Below are positions 8,522-18,990 of a stretch of DNA of 64,000 nucleotides, one piece after another. Location: NCBI GenBank assembly GCA_013823565.1, contig PNMI01000010.1, forward strand, positions 3,899 through 67,898, written 5' to 3'. This DNA is from Sphingobacteriaceae bacterium. Lineage in GTDB: Bacteria; Bacteroidota; Bacteroidia; B-17B0; Aurantibacillaceae. Both the position numbers and the translations under genes were made by a program. The notes beneath the pieces were generated by a model that was given only the letters and a program-made list of their open reading frames with translations, was not told the DNA's origin and ran no database searches. The first letter of the stretch is position 1. The number at the start of each line of letters is the position of its first letter.

Positions 8522-9811
8522 TTATTTATTCATTAAAGCTTCTATTTCATCAACTTCTAAAGGGATGTTTTTCATTAAATCATCATTTCCTGTAGGAGTA
8601 ATTAAAATATTATTCTCTAAACGAATACCCAACCCTTCTTCTGGAATATAAATTCCAGGCTCGCAAGTAAATACCATACCTGCTTGCATTGGTTCTGCAA
8701 AAAATCCAACATCATGTACATCTAACCCTAAAAAGTGAGAAGTGCCATGCATGAAATATTTTTTGTAAGCAGGCCAAGCTGGATTTTGATTTTTGACTTC
8801 GTCCGTTTTAATTAAGCCTAATTGTAATAATTCTTCAGTCATTAAATCACCAACTGCTTTGTTGTATTTTTCAAAGGTATTACCAACCACTAACATGTTT
8901 GTAGCAGCTTTCATGACGCGTAAAACCGCATTATATACTTCTTTTTGACGAGGAGTGTATTTTCCATTTACAGGAATTGCACGAGTCATATCACTAGCAT
9001 AGTTTGCATATTCGGCAGCTACATCTAATAAAATCACATCACCATCTTTACAGGCTCTGTTGTTTTCTACATAATGTAATACACAGGCGTTAGCCCCACT
9101 TGCTACAATTGGTCCGTATGCAAAACCACGACTTCTGTTGCGAACAAACTCATGAATTAATTCAGCTTCAATTTCATATTCCATGACGCCTGGCTTAACG
9201 AAGCTTAATAAACGACGGAAACCTTTTTCGGTAATATTACAGGCTTGTTGAATTGCCTCAACTTCTAACGGATGTTTGATGGCACGAATACGGTGCATGA
9301 TAGGTGCCGAACGTTGAATCGTATGTAAAGGAAATTGTTCTTTAATTTTTTTATTGAAACGCATTTCAGCTGTTTCCATATCAATATAACGACGTGTGTG
9401 TTCGTTACTGTTTAAGTAAATATTCTCTGCTTGAAATACAAAGCCTTTAAATATTTTATCAAACTCATGGTACCAGTAAATGTTTTCAATGCCACTTGCT
9501 TCTTTAGCTTGTTCTTTAGTAAGCTTAGCACCTTCCCACACAGCAATTAAATCGCTGGTTTCTTTAATAAATAATACTTCTTTGTTTTTTCCGTCTTTTA
9601 CGTCAGGAAAAATCATTAAGATAGTATCTTCTTGATCAATACCAGATAAATGTAATAAATCACTGTTTTGAACAAAGCCAAAAGATCCATCACCATTAGT
9701 TGGCAAAATATCATTACTAACAAATAAAGCGATAGAGTTTGGTTTTAAGTGTTTAATGAAATTTTTACGATTATCGATGAATAGGTCTTTTTTTATGGCA
9801 GAATATTTCAT
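8522..9811 (-). CDS. pepP: Xaa-Pro aminopeptidase (M24B)
   Basis: 429 aa. DGDVILLDVAAEYANYASDMTR, HGTSHFLGLDVHD, EPGIY, RLENN metal-ligand motifs. Confidence 0.9.
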   Translation of the reverse strand: MKYSAIKKDLFIDNRKNFIKHLKPNSIALFVSNDILPTNGDGSFGFVQNSDLLHLSGIDQEDTILMIFPDVKDGKNKEVLFIKETSDLIAVWEGAKLTKEQAKEASGIENIYWYHEFDKIFKGFVFQAENIYLNSNEHTRRYIDMETAEMRFNKKIKEQFPLHTIQRSAPIMHRIRAIKHPLEVEAIQQACNITEKGFRRLLSFVKPGVMEYEIEAELIHEFVRNRSRGFAYGPIVASGANACVLHYVENNRACKDGDVILLDVAAEYANYASDMTRAIPVNGKYTPRQKEVYNAVLRVMKAATNMLVVGNTFEKYNKAVGDLMTEELLQLGLIKTDEVKNQNPAWPAYKKYFMHGTSHFLGLDVHDVGFFAEPMQAGMVFTCEPGIYIPEEGLGIRLENNILITPTGNDDLMKNIPLEVDEIEALMNK

Positions 9812-9862
9812 AATGTCGATTAATTTTATAAATTTGTTTGTACTAATATACTTTTTTTTTGA

Positions 9863-10294
9863 ATGTCAAGCTACAATATCATAAAAAAATCAGAAACAAA
9901 AACAGCTATTATTAGCCTTTGTGATGATGGGATTGTGAGGGTTTTATTTAAGAAAAAAATAGAGATTGGAGTAAACGAAATAAAAGAAAACCACGAGGCG
10001 TATAATAAGTTAGTTGAAAACAAAATGTACGCTTTTTTGTTTTGGTCTGAAGATGGCGATGTTGTTTATACGAATGAGGCTGGTAAGTATTCTAAATTGA
10101 AGCAAGACACATACCCAAAAATATGCATTGCTGTTTTGGTTAAAACATTAGGCCAAAGGCTACTTACTAATTTTTATTTAAAAATTAGTAAGTCAAAAGT
10201 TCCTTTTATGGTCTTTAATAATCTGAAAGATGCTGAGGAGTGGTGTAGAAAAGAATGTCTTAAGTATAAACAAAAAGAAAAACAATTACTCTAA
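9863..10294 (+). CDS. hypothetical protein, possibly SpoIIAA/STAS-fold (DUF3478/DUF7793-like)
   Basis: 143 aa. The pattern (DDGIVRVLFKKKIEIGVNEIKEN...ICIAVLVKTLGQRLLTNFYL...VPFMVFNNLKDAEEWC) resembles STAS-like accessory proteins of Bacteroidota. This is recalled by eye only. Confidence 0.4.
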   Translation: MSSYNIIKKSETKTAIISLCDDGIVRVLFKKKIEIGVNEIKENHEAYNKLVENKMYAFLFWSEDGDVVYTNEAGKYSKLKQDTYPKICIAVLVKTLGQRLLTNFYLKISKSKVPFMVFNNLKDAEEWCRKECLKYKQKEKQLL

Positions 10295-11299
10295 GGTAAT
10301 GTAAACAGATAAATGGTCGCTATAACCATTATAGTATTTTTCGCCACTGTAAGTTCTGTTTGGTTTTTCCTCTCCAGTCTTCTGATTTTTAAATAACACA
10401 AAGTCTTTCTTTAAAATAAATGCGTTTTTAGGATCGAATTTATATCCTTTTTTTGCGCCAATAAAACCTTGCGATACAATAATTTGGTCAAGTACTCTCC
10501 ATTCTTTATCGTAATAATGTGTGCCTTGTTTAGCAGCATCTAAAGTTTGATAAGCATTATATAAATCACCTTTATCTTTTGGCGAATTGCTAGCTTTTAA
10601 AGTGTTTAAAATACTTTTATCTGTTGGATGATCATTAAAATCACCCATGACGATTACTTTTGCTTTTGCGTCTTTTTTTTGTAATTCATTAATTTTATTA
10701 CGCACTTGTTCGGCAGCAAAAATTCGACGAGGCTCACTTTCTGCTTCTCCCGATCGTCTGCTTGGCCAGTGATTGACAAACACATAAATGATATCGCCAT
10801 TAGTTGCTTTTAAAGTAGCAAATAAAATGTTGCGTGTTTTATAATCACCTAAAGATGGATTTGTTGCATTTAATTCTTTAAAATCAACCAAAGTAAAAAC
10901 AGATTTATCATATAATAAACCCACATCTATACTTCTTTCATCAGGACTATCAGTACACAATACACCGTATGATTTTTCTTTTAATTGAGATTTAGAGATT
11001 AGTTCTTCTAATACGTCTTTATTTTCTACTTCTACTAAACCCACTAAATTTGGTAAGCCAGGACCTGCAACGGTTGAATCAAGCACTTGAGCAATTTTAG
11101 TTAATTTATTCATAAAACGAGTTTCGTCCCATTTCATTGGCGACTCTGGTAAAAACTCATCGTCTTTTTTATTTGGATCATCTTTGGTATCAAAAAAGTT
11201 TTCGCAATTATATAATGAGACTGTAATTGGAGATTTTGATTGAGCAAAACTAGTGGTGATGCTTAATAATAAAAGGCTTGAAATGATTAATTTACGCAT
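10286..11299 (-). CDS. secreted endonuclease/exonuclease/phosphatase (EEP) family protein
   Basis: 337 aa. Signal peptide, YNCENFFD, VNHWPSRR, GDFNDHP, SDHLSVY. Confidence 0.8.
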   Translation of the reverse strand: MRKLIISSLLLLSITTSFAQSKSPITVSLYNCENFFDTKDDPNKKDDEFLPESPMKWDETRFMNKLTKIAQVLDSTVAGPGLPNLVGLVEVENKDVLEELISKSQLKEKSYGVLCTDSPDERSIDVGLLYDKSVFTLVDFKELNATNPSLGDYKTRNILFATLKATNGDIIYVFVNHWPSRRSGEAESEPRRIFAAEQVRNKINELQKKDAKAKVIVMGDFNDHPTDKSILNTLKASNSPKDKGDLYNAYQTLDAAKQGTHYYDKEWRVLDQIIVSQGFIGAKKGYKFDPKNAFILKKDFVLFKNQKTGEEKPNRTYSGEKYYNGYSDHLSVYITLE

Positions 11300-11397
11300 G
11301 TAGCAAATGTAATTAAAAATAATTTGATGGATTAAAGGTATGATTTCAAAAATTAAACCATATTTACATATTGTTATTATTTCTTAAATTAATTGCC

Positions 11398-11883
11398 ATG
11401 AAAAAATATTTTACCATAAAAAATATCGCTATCTTTTTAGTATTTCTATTTTTAACCATTCAATCAATTAGAATTGATAAAACAACAGTTCCAGTTAATC
11501 CAGAAACAGATTTTATTGCATTAACTTCAGCTAATGCAGAAATTGCAGGAATGTTAAAAACGGCTTGTTACGATTGTCATTCCAATCAACCAACCTATCC
11601 TTGGTACACAAATATTGCTCCAGTATCTTGGTGGATTAAGCACCATATTAATGAAGGAAGTCAACATTTAAATTTTTCAATTTGGGGAACTTATAAAGAA
11701 AAGCGTAAGAATCATAAATTAGATGAGTGTGTTGAAATGATTGAAGAAGGAGAAATGCCAATGAGTTCTTATACAATTATGCATGGTGAAGCTAAATTAA
11801 CGGACGCTCAAAAACTACAATTAGTAGAATTTTTTAAAGCTCAAAAAACAGTAATGGCAGAGCCAGCAGAAGAGCAACACTAA
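11398..11883 (+). CDS. heme-binding domain (Haem_bd-like) membrane protein
   Basis: CYDCHSNQPTYPWYTNIAPVSWWIKHHINEGSQHLNFSIW motif. ATG at 11398 is preferred over the upstream TTG at 11371 (MKKYF... gives a normal signal anchor). Confidence 0.7.
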   Translation: MKKYFTIKNIAIFLVFLFLTIQSIRIDKTTVPVNPETDFIALTSANAEIAGMLKTACYDCHSNQPTYPWYTNIAPVSWWIKHHINEGSQHLNFSIWGTYKEKRKNHKLDECVEMIEEGEMPMSSYTIMHGEAKLTDAQKLQLVEFFKAQKTVMAEPAEEQH

Positions 11884-13076
11884 AAATCTAACACTAATAT
11901 TTCAACTCTTCTATTCTGTTCTTGTTCACTTTCGCTTGCTTTGGGAAGCTTAAATAGCATTTCGTGGTCTCCTTTGCCATCAATTTCAATACGCTTTTCA
12001 TCAATACCTTGAATGGCTAAATAATTTCTAATGGTATTTGCTCGGCCTTTGGTAAAAGCAATAATGCCTTGTTCATCCATCATATCTCTGCCGTTGGAGT
12101 GACCAATAATTTTAATTTTCAGACTTTTATTTTTCTTTAAAAGTTTAGCCAAGTTATTCATGGATGGCATTGCTCGTGGTAAATATTGTACAGAGCCGCC
12201 AACAAAATTGATAGAGCCAATAGAATATTTATTGCCTTTTTTGAGTTTTGGTAAAACTGTTTTAAGTGCTTTTAATTGGGCGGTATCGGCAAGCGTAATA
12301 CTTTTAGTAAAACTAAAACTACTATCGTTATAAAAATTTAAATTGTAAGATTGATTTTTTGTAAGAGGTGCAATAAAATCATAGCTACCATCATCTTTAG
12401 TTTTTTCAACGAACACTGTATCACCTTTTTGATTTGTTAAAGCTATGTCTGTTTTAATGGCGTTGTTATTGTCATCGGTTACTATTCCTTTAAATAAAAC
12501 AGGTTGTGCAATTTCAAACTCTATGGTGTGTCCATCACCTTTTTCATAAACATTATCTAATACTAAATAATATACCTCTCCTTTTTTTACAGTTAAACTT
12601 TTGCAATAGGCAGGACCAACACCGTATTTTACAAATTCGTTGGTTGATTTATAATTTAATCCTGTTTTGCCATTCAACTCTTCTTTATCTCTGCTAATGC
12701 AAGCTCTTACAGGGCTTATTGTATTTTTCTGCAAGCTATCACAAAAATTATTTTTCGCAGACTTAAATATCATAAAATCATAATCATCATTTGCTTTGGT
12801 TGGAACAACATGCATGGTTAATTCACCAGTTACATTTATGATAAGTTTATACCAAGCGGAATTATGTTCTTTTTCGAATGCATAAGTTGTCTTTTGTTTG
12901 ACAGGACTAATTTCTTTTAGTTCTCCATTTCCTTTAGGAGCAATGGTTTTACCGTAAATAGTTTTGCTATTAATAGGAATGACTTTCGCCTGACTACAAT
13001 CACAAAAAACAGTATCCAGTTTTTTGGTTTGAGAAAATAATTGTACAGATAAAAATAGTAGTAGGATTAGACGCAT
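11880..13076 (-). CDS. OmpA-family (peptidoglycan-binding) protein
   Basis: 398 aa. Signal peptide, central carboxypeptidase-regulatory-like fold, C-terminal OmpA_C motif (GHSNG...TKGRANTIRNYL...NRRVEI). Confidence 0.8.
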   Translation of the reverse strand: MRLILLLFLSVQLFSQTKKLDTVFCDCSQAKVIPINSKTIYGKTIAPKGNGELKEISPVKQKTTYAFEKEHNSAWYKLIINVTGELTMHVVPTKANDDYDFMIFKSAKNNFCDSLQKNTISPVRACISRDKEELNGKTGLNYKSTNEFVKYGVGPAYCKSLTVKKGEVYYLVLDNVYEKGDGHTIEFEIAQPVLFKGIVTDDNNNAIKTDIALTNQKGDTVFVEKTKDDGSYDFIAPLTKNQSYNLNFYNDSSFSFTKSITLADTAQLKALKTVLPKLKKGNKYSIGSINFVGGSVQYLPRAMPSMNNLAKLLKKNKSLKIKIIGHSNGRDMMDEQGIIAFTKGRANTIRNYLAIQGIDEKRIEIDGKGDHEMLFKLPKASESEQEQNRRVEILVLDF

Positions 13077-13110
13077 AATATCATAATGCAGTATAGGATT
13101 AAAAGTAACA

Positions 13111-13142
13111 AAAAACCCTCAGCAATTTTACTGAGGGTTTTT
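13111..13142 (-). terminator. Rho-independent terminator downstream of sucB
   Basis: CCCTCAG (13116-13122) / CTGAGGG (13131-13137), with A/T runs on both sides. Confidence 0.75.
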
Positions 13143-13161
13143 ATTTTTATGTTTAGAGGGA

Positions 13162-14415
13162 TTATAATCCTAATAATACTTCTTCAGGAACTTTACCACC
13201 AAATAACATGCGGCTTGGGTTCTCTAACATTTCTTTTACTTTCACTAAGAAACCAACAGACTCTCTTCCGTCAATAATTCTATGATCGTAGCTTAATGCA
13301 ATATACATCATTGGACGAATGACTACTTGTCCGTTAACCGCCATTGGACGCTCAACTACATTGTGCATTCCTAAAATAGCACTTTGTGGAGGATTGATAA
13401 TTGGAGTACTCATCATACTACCAAATACACCACCATTAGTAATAGTGAATGTTCCGCCTTCCATATCTGCAATGGTTAATTTTCCATCACGTGCTTTAAC
13501 CGCTAAATCTTTAATTCCTTTTTCAATATCAGCAATACTCATTAACTCTGCATTGCGCAATACCGGAACCATTAATCCTTTTGGGGCGCTTACGGCAATA
13601 CCAATATCACAATATTTATTGTACACTAATTCTTCACCATCAATCATTCCGTTTACTGCTGGGTAATGAAATAACGCTTCGGTTACTGCCTTTGTAAAGA
13701 AACTCATGAAACCAACATTCGTTCCATAAACCTCTTTAAATTTATCTTTGTATTTTGCTCTAATCGCATAAATCTCGCTCATGTCAACTTCGTTGAAAGT
13801 GGTTAACATCGCTGTTTCGTTTTTAACGGCTACTAAACGCTTAGCCACTGTTTTACGTAAAGACGTCATTTTTGCTCTGTCTTTTTCTCTACCACCTTGC
13901 CAGCTGTTGCTTAATACTTTTGCAGCAGTTGGTAAACCATTTGATAAAGCAGCTAATACATCTTGTTTAGTAATACGGCCATCTCTGCCAGTACCACTCA
14001 TTTGTCCGGCTTGAATATTATTTTCAGCCATTATTTTAGCAGCAGCAATACTTGGTGTGCCAGTTGCATAGCTAGTTGTTTGAGAAGAGTTAGTAGTTGT
14101 TGGAGTTGCAACAATTGGCTCTGCTTTTTTAACTTCAGCTTTTGGAGCTTCTACAGCAGCTTTTGCTTCTGGTTTAAAAGAGGTATCAATTTTTACAACC
14201 ACTTGACCAACTTTAACAGTGTCGCCTTCAGCAGCTAATACTTCAATTTTACCAGACTCTTCAGCATTTAATGTTAAGGTTGCTTTATCAGAATCTACTT
14301 CTGCTAAAACCTCATCTTTTTCAACGATATCACCTGTGTTTTTTACCCAACGAGCAATAACTACTTCCGTGATTGATTCGCCTGGACTTGGTACTTTTAA
14401 TTCTACAATTGCCAT
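13162..14415 (-). CDS. sucB: 2-oxoglutarate dehydrogenase E2, dihydrolipoyllysine succinyltransferase
   Basis: 417 aa. Lipoyl domain (VDSDKATL), E3-binding segment, catalytic SYDHRIIDG. Confidence 0.95.
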   Translation of the reverse strand: MAIVELKVPSPGESITEVVIARWVKNTGDIVEKDEVLAEVDSDKATLTLNAEESGKIEVLAAEGDTVKVGQVVVKIDTSFKPEAKAAVEAPKAEVKKAEPIVATPTTTNSSQTTSYATGTPSIAAAKIMAENNIQAGQMSGTGRDGRITKQDVLAALSNGLPTAAKVLSNSWQGGREKDRAKMTSLRKTVAKRLVAVKNETAMLTTFNEVDMSEIYAIRAKYKDKFKEVYGTNVGFMSFFTKAVTEALFHYPAVNGMIDGEELVYNKYCDIGIAVSAPKGLMVPVLRNAELMSIADIEKGIKDLAVKARDGKLTIADMEGGTFTITNGGVFGSMMSTPIINPPQSAILGMHNVVERPMAVNGQVVIRPMMYIALSYDHRIIDGRESVGFLVKVKEMLENPSRMLFGGKVPEEVLLGL

Positions 14416-14450
14416 AAAAATATTTTAATTATTTATAAATGTTTGAATGA

Positions 14451-17171
14451 TTATTTTACTAATACTTTAGAAAAAATGTTGGTCATAATTTCTTCGTTCT
14501 CTGCATTGTGACGTTTTGAGAAACCTGTTGCGGGACTAGCCGCAGCACTTCTACCGAAATATTTTAAATTTAAAGAACGCAAGTTGTTGTCAACAAATCT
14601 CCAAGGACCCATGTTTTCAGGCTCTTCCTGAACAAATAAAAAGTCTTTAGCTTTATTGTATTTTTTTAAGATGGCGTCCACTTGTTTTTGAGGGAAAGGA
14701 TATAATTGCTCTAAACGAATAAAAGCAATATCATCAGTGCCTTCTTTTTCTCTACGCTCAATTAAATCATAATAAACTTTACCAGAGCAGAAAGCCACAC
14801 GTGTTACTTTTTTAGCATCAATGGTATCATCTAATACTTCTTGGAAATTTGCTTTAGTAAAGTCGGTTAATTTACTTACACAGCTTGGGTAACGTAATAA
14901 TTTTTTAGGAGTAAAACATACTAACGGTTTACGGAAATCACGTTTCAACTGACGACGAATCACATGGAATTGTTGAGCCGGAGTTGTTGCATTAATGATT
15001 TGCATATTGTTTTCAGCACATGCTTGTAAGAAACGTTCCATACGAGCACTTGAATGCTCTGGCCCTTGTCCTTCATAACCATGAGGTAATAATACTACTA
15101 AGCCATTCATACGACGCCATTTGTATTCGGCAGAAGTTAAATATTGGTCAATAATAATTTGAGCACCGTTGAAGAAATCTCCAAATTGTGCTTCCCAAAT
15201 AGTTAATGTGTTTGGCGCCGCAAAAGCATAACCATATTCAAAACCTAAAACACCATATTCACTTAATAAAGAGTTATAGATTTCTAGTTTTACTTTAGCG
15301 TCAATGTTATTTAAAGGAGTGTATTCTTCTTCACTATCTTCCACTTTAACTACCGCATGACGGTGAGAGAAAGTACCACGCTCCACATCTTGACCGCTAA
15401 AACGAACAGGATGCCCTTCTTTCATCAATGTAGCGTATGCTAATAATTCTCCCATAGCCCAATCATAATTGTCGTTAGCAATCATGTTCTTTCTATCGTC
15501 AAATAATTTTTGAATTTTGTTAAAGAATTTTTTGTCTTTAGGAAGGTCGGTAGATTTTTTAGCAACCTCTAAAAATAATTTCTCATCCACAGCTGTTTTA
15601 GGAGAGCTATCAAAATCTGATGCTCCGGCCATTTTAACACCTTTCCAATTTCCTTCTAAGAAAGAAGTAATTTTAGCTTTTTCTGTTTTTTTCGCTTCAT
15701 CTAAATTGGCATCTAATTCAGCTTTAAAAGCAGTTTCCATTGTTTTAGCTTCATTTGCTAATTCAGGACTCTCTACCTTTAGTTTTTCAACATAAATATC
15801 TTTTGGATTAGCATGAGCAGCAATTGCTTTGTATAATAATGGTTGAGTGAAACGAGGCTCATCACCTTCGTTATGACCATATTTACGGTAACATAACACG
15901 TCAATAAATACATCCTTGTGGAAGGTTTGACGGAACTCCATTGCTAATTTTGAAATGAAACATAAAGCCTCTACATCATCTCCATTTACGTGAAACACAG
16001 GACTTAATACAACTTTAGCAACATCTGTACAATAAGTAGATGAACGAGCATCTAAGAAGTTAGTGGTGAAACCAACTTGATTATTAATCACAAAATGAAC
16101 AGTTCCACCTGTTTTATAACCATCTAATTGGCTCATTTGAACCAATTCATACACTAAACCTTGACCAGCAATAGCACCATCACCGTGTAAAATAACAGGA
16201 CATGCTTTTGAATTATCGCCATTATGACGGCTATCAATTTTTGAACGAACAATACCTTGAACAACTGCAGCAGATGTTTCTAAGTGAGATGGATTAGGTG
16301 TTAAACTAATGTGAACATTTTTACCATCATCACTTAATTGATCAGATGAATAACCCATGTGGTATTTTACATCACCATCAAATAAAGAATCTTCACTTGG
16401 TCTTCCTTCAAACTCAGTAAATACATCTTTATAAGTTTTGTTCATAATATTCGTTAACACATTTAAGCGTCCACGGTGAGCCATGCCAATTACGTAATCT
16501 TGAATACCTAAATTTACACCATGCTCCATTAATGTATTCATTGCTGGAATAACAGCCTCGCCTCCTTCTAAAGAGAAACGTTTTTGGCCAACGAATTTTG
16601 TATGTAAATAGTTTTCGAAAACAACTGCTTGAGTTAATTTTTTAAGAATTACTTTTTTTTCTGTTACCGAAAATGAAGGCGTATTCTTGTTTTTTTCCAT
16701 GCGCTCTTGTAACCACTTCAATACTTTTGGTTCACGCATGTATAAATATTCTACACCAATACTTTGGCAGTAGGTACACTCTAAGTGAGCAATAATATCT
16801 TTTAATTTGGCTGCGCCAATTCCAATTTCGCTACCAGCTTGGAAAACTGTTTCTAAATCTTTATCAGATAAACCAAAGTTTTCAAGAGCTAAAGTTGGTT
16901 CATAGGTACGACGTTGACGAACAGGATTTGTTTTAGTAAACAAGTGTCCGCGTTGGCGGTAACCGTTTATTAAACCAATCACTTTAAATTCTTTAGTTAC
17001 ATTTTCAGGAATAGCGCCGCCATCCGATTCGTAGGAAGTACGGGCAAATTCGAAGCCTTTAAAGAAATCGCGCCATGATGCGTCAACAGAATTTGGGTCT
17101 TGGGAATATTGCAAAAATAAACTCTCAATAGCGTTTACATCGCTTGTGCCAACATAGGAAAATTTGTCCAT
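14451..17171 (-). CDS. sucA: 2-oxoglutarate dehydrogenase E1 component
   Basis: 906 aa. MAHRGRLNVL, ILHGDGAIAGQG, YRKYGHNEGDEP, EAQFGDF. Confidence 0.95.
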   Translation of the reverse strand: MDKFSYVGTSDVNAIESLFLQYSQDPNSVDASWRDFFKGFEFARTSYESDGGAIPENVTKEFKVIGLINGYRQRGHLFTKTNPVRQRRTYEPTLALENFGLSDKDLETVFQAGSEIGIGAAKLKDIIAHLECTYCQSIGVEYLYMREPKVLKWLQERMEKNKNTPSFSVTEKKVILKKLTQAVVFENYLHTKFVGQKRFSLEGGEAVIPAMNTLMEHGVNLGIQDYVIGMAHRGRLNVLTNIMNKTYKDVFTEFEGRPSEDSLFDGDVKYHMGYSSDQLSDDGKNVHISLTPNPSHLETSAAVVQGIVRSKIDSRHNGDNSKACPVILHGDGAIAGQGLVYELVQMSQLDGYKTGGTVHFVINNQVGFTTNFLDARSSTYCTDVAKVVLSPVFHVNGDDVEALCFISKLAMEFRQTFHKDVFIDVLCYRKYGHNEGDEPRFTQPLLYKAIAAHANPKDIYVEKLKVESPELANEAKTMETAFKAELDANLDEAKKTEKAKITSFLEGNWKGVKMAGASDFDSSPKTAVDEKLFLEVAKKSTDLPKDKKFFNKIQKLFDDRKNMIANDNYDWAMGELLAYATLMKEGHPVRFSGQDVERGTFSHRHAVVKVEDSEEEYTPLNNIDAKVKLEIYNSLLSEYGVLGFEYGYAFAAPNTLTIWEAQFGDFFNGAQIIIDQYLTSAEYKWRRMNGLVVLLPHGYEGQGPEHSSARMERFLQACAENNMQIINATTPAQQFHVIRRQLKRDFRKPLVCFTPKKLLRYPSCVSKLTDFTKANFQEVLDDTIDAKKVTRVAFCSGKVYYDLIERREKEGTDDIAFIRLEQLYPFPQKQVDAILKKYNKAKDFLFVQEEPENMGPWRFVDNNLRSLNLKYFGRSAAASPATGFSKRHNAENEEIMTNIFSKVLVK

Positions 17172-17237
17172 TTTAATTTTCGTTAAAAAACAGCGCTAAT
17201 TTAAGGATTTTAATGGAAAAATGGGTACTTTTATACC

Positions 17238-17636
17238 GTGAAACACATATTATTTTTAATATTCATTTTATCTCCTTTTTTGGGATTATTTTCTCAAGAA
17301 AATCCAAATAGCAACGCTATTCAAACATCCTTAAAAGTAAGAGCCTTACAAGAAAAAAAGGAAGAGTATCATAAGCGAACAAACGGAGAAAGTGACGGTT
17401 ACCGTGTAAAAATTCATTTTGGTTCAGATAAAAGTAAAGCCAAAGAAGTTCAAGCAAAATTTTCTTCTCAATACAACGATGTGCCTACTTATGAAGAGTA
17501 TCAGCAACCTAATTTTGTAATTATGGTTGGGGATTATAAAACTAAGCTAGAAGCTTACGAGCTATTAAAGAAAATTAAAGAAGATTATCCTTATGCTTTT
17601 ATTGTAAAAAGCAGGGTTAGACCCACTAAACTGTAG
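17238..17636 (+). CDS. SPOR domain-containing protein
   Basis: 132 aa. A GTG start gives a clean signal peptide. C-terminal GYRVKIHFGSDKSKAKEV...VGDYKTKLEAYELLKKIK matches the SPOR pattern. Confidence 0.65.
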   Translation: MKHILFLIFILSPFLGLFSQENPNSNAIQTSLKVRALQEKKEEYHKRTNGESDGYRVKIHFGSDKSKAKEVQAKFSSQYNDVPTYEEYQQPNFVIMVGDYKTKLEAYELLKKIKEDYPYAFIVKSRVRPTKL

Positions 17637-17701
17637 TTTTATACAGAAGTCTACTCCCGTTTTAAAAAATACATTATTTTTACGCACCCAAACTAGAAAT
17701 A

Positions 17702-18916
17702 ATGAAAACAATCGATAGCCTTAATTTTCAAAACAAACGCGCTTTAATTCGTGTAGATTTTAACGTTCCATTAAATGATGCTTTTGAAGTAACAGATGAT
17801 ACTCGTATTAGAGCAGCAGCACCAACTATTAAACAAATTTTAGAAAAAGGAGGAAGCGTTATTTTAATGTCGCATTTAGGTCGTCCAAAAGACACTTCGG
17901 CTGGCTCAGCGACCTTAGCCAATGAGAAATATTCTTTAAAACATATTGTGAGCACCGTTAGTAAGTTAACTGGCGCTGAGGTTATGTTTGCAGATGATTG
18001 CATTGGCACAGATGCCTTTGCAAAATCAGCAGCTTTAAAACCAGGACAAGTGTTGTTACTAGAAAATTTACGTTTTTATAAAGAAGAAGAAAAAGGAGAT
18101 GTTGCTTTTGCTGAAAAATTAAGCAAACACGGTGATATTTATGTAAATGATGCTTTTGGAACCGCTCACCGTGCGCACGCATCAACAGCAGTGATTGCGC
18201 AATTTTTTGCAGCAGATGCTAAATGTTTTGGTTATGTGATGGCAGGTGAAGTGGCGAGCATTGATAAAGTAATTAATGGAGCAGAAGCACCGTTTACAGC
18301 TATTGTTGGCGGGGCAAAAGTGAGCGATAAAATTTTGATTATTGAGCAATTAATGGGTAAAGCCAATAATATTTTAATTGGTGGTGGTATGGCATTTACG
18401 TTTGTTAAAGCTATGGGAGGAACCATTGGAAAATCGTTGTGTGAGGATGATAAATTAGAATTAGCTAAAGAATTATTAGAGAAAGCAAAAGCAAAAGGGG
18501 TGAGCTTATATATTCCTACAGATGCTGTGATTGCTGATAATTTTGCGAATGATGCAAACATTAAAGAAAGTGATATTAATTCAATTCCTGATGGTTGGAT
18601 GGGATTAGATATTAGTAATGGAACTATAAAAACATATAGTGAAGTGATTAAGAATTCAAAAACGATTTTATGGAATGGACCAATGGGAGTTTTTGAAATG
18701 AGTAGTTTTGAAAATGGCACTAAACAAGTAGCTTTAGCTATTGCAGAAGCAACTAAATTAGGGGCATTTTCGTTAATTGGAGGCGGAGATAGTGTGGCGG
18801 CTATTAACAAATATAATTTAGCTAGCCAAGTGAGTTATGTGAGTACGGGTGGTGGTGCATTGTTAGAATACATTGAACAAGGAAGTTTACCCGGCGTAAG
18901 AGCTGTTGAGGCCTAA
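17702..18916 (+). CDS. pgk: phosphoglycerate kinase
   Basis: 404 aa. [37 protein letters not shown]. Confidence 0.95.
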   Translation: MKTIDSLNFQNKRALIRVDFNVPLNDAFEVTDDTRIRAAAPTIKQILEKGGSVILMSHLGRPKDTSAGSATLANEKYSLKHIVSTVSKLTGAEVMFADDCIGTDAFAKSAALKPGQVLLLENLRFYKEEEKGDVAFAEKLSKHGDIYVNDAFGTAHRAHASTAVIAQFFAADAKCFGYVMAGEVASIDKVINGAEAPFTAIVGGAKVSDKILIIEQLMGKANNILIGGGMAFTFVKAMGGTIGKSLCEDDKLELAKELLEKAKAKGVSLYIPTDAVIADNFANDANIKESDINSIPDGWMGLDISNGTIKTYSEVIKNSKTILWNGPMGVFEMSSFENGTKQVALAIAEATKLGAFSLIGGGDSVAAINKYNLASQVSYVSTGGGALLEYIEQGSLPGVRAVEA

Positions 18917-18960
18917 AGAATTGTCGTCAATAGCAATGCCGCTCATATTATAAAAAAATG

Positions 18961-18968
18961 TATATTTG
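18961..18968 (+). promoter_or_regulatory. Bacteroidota -7 promoter box (TAnnTTTG)
   Basis: TATATTTG lies 22 nt upstream of the ATG at 18991. Confidence 0.4.
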
Positions 18969-18990
18969 AACCTTAACAAAAACAAAACAA

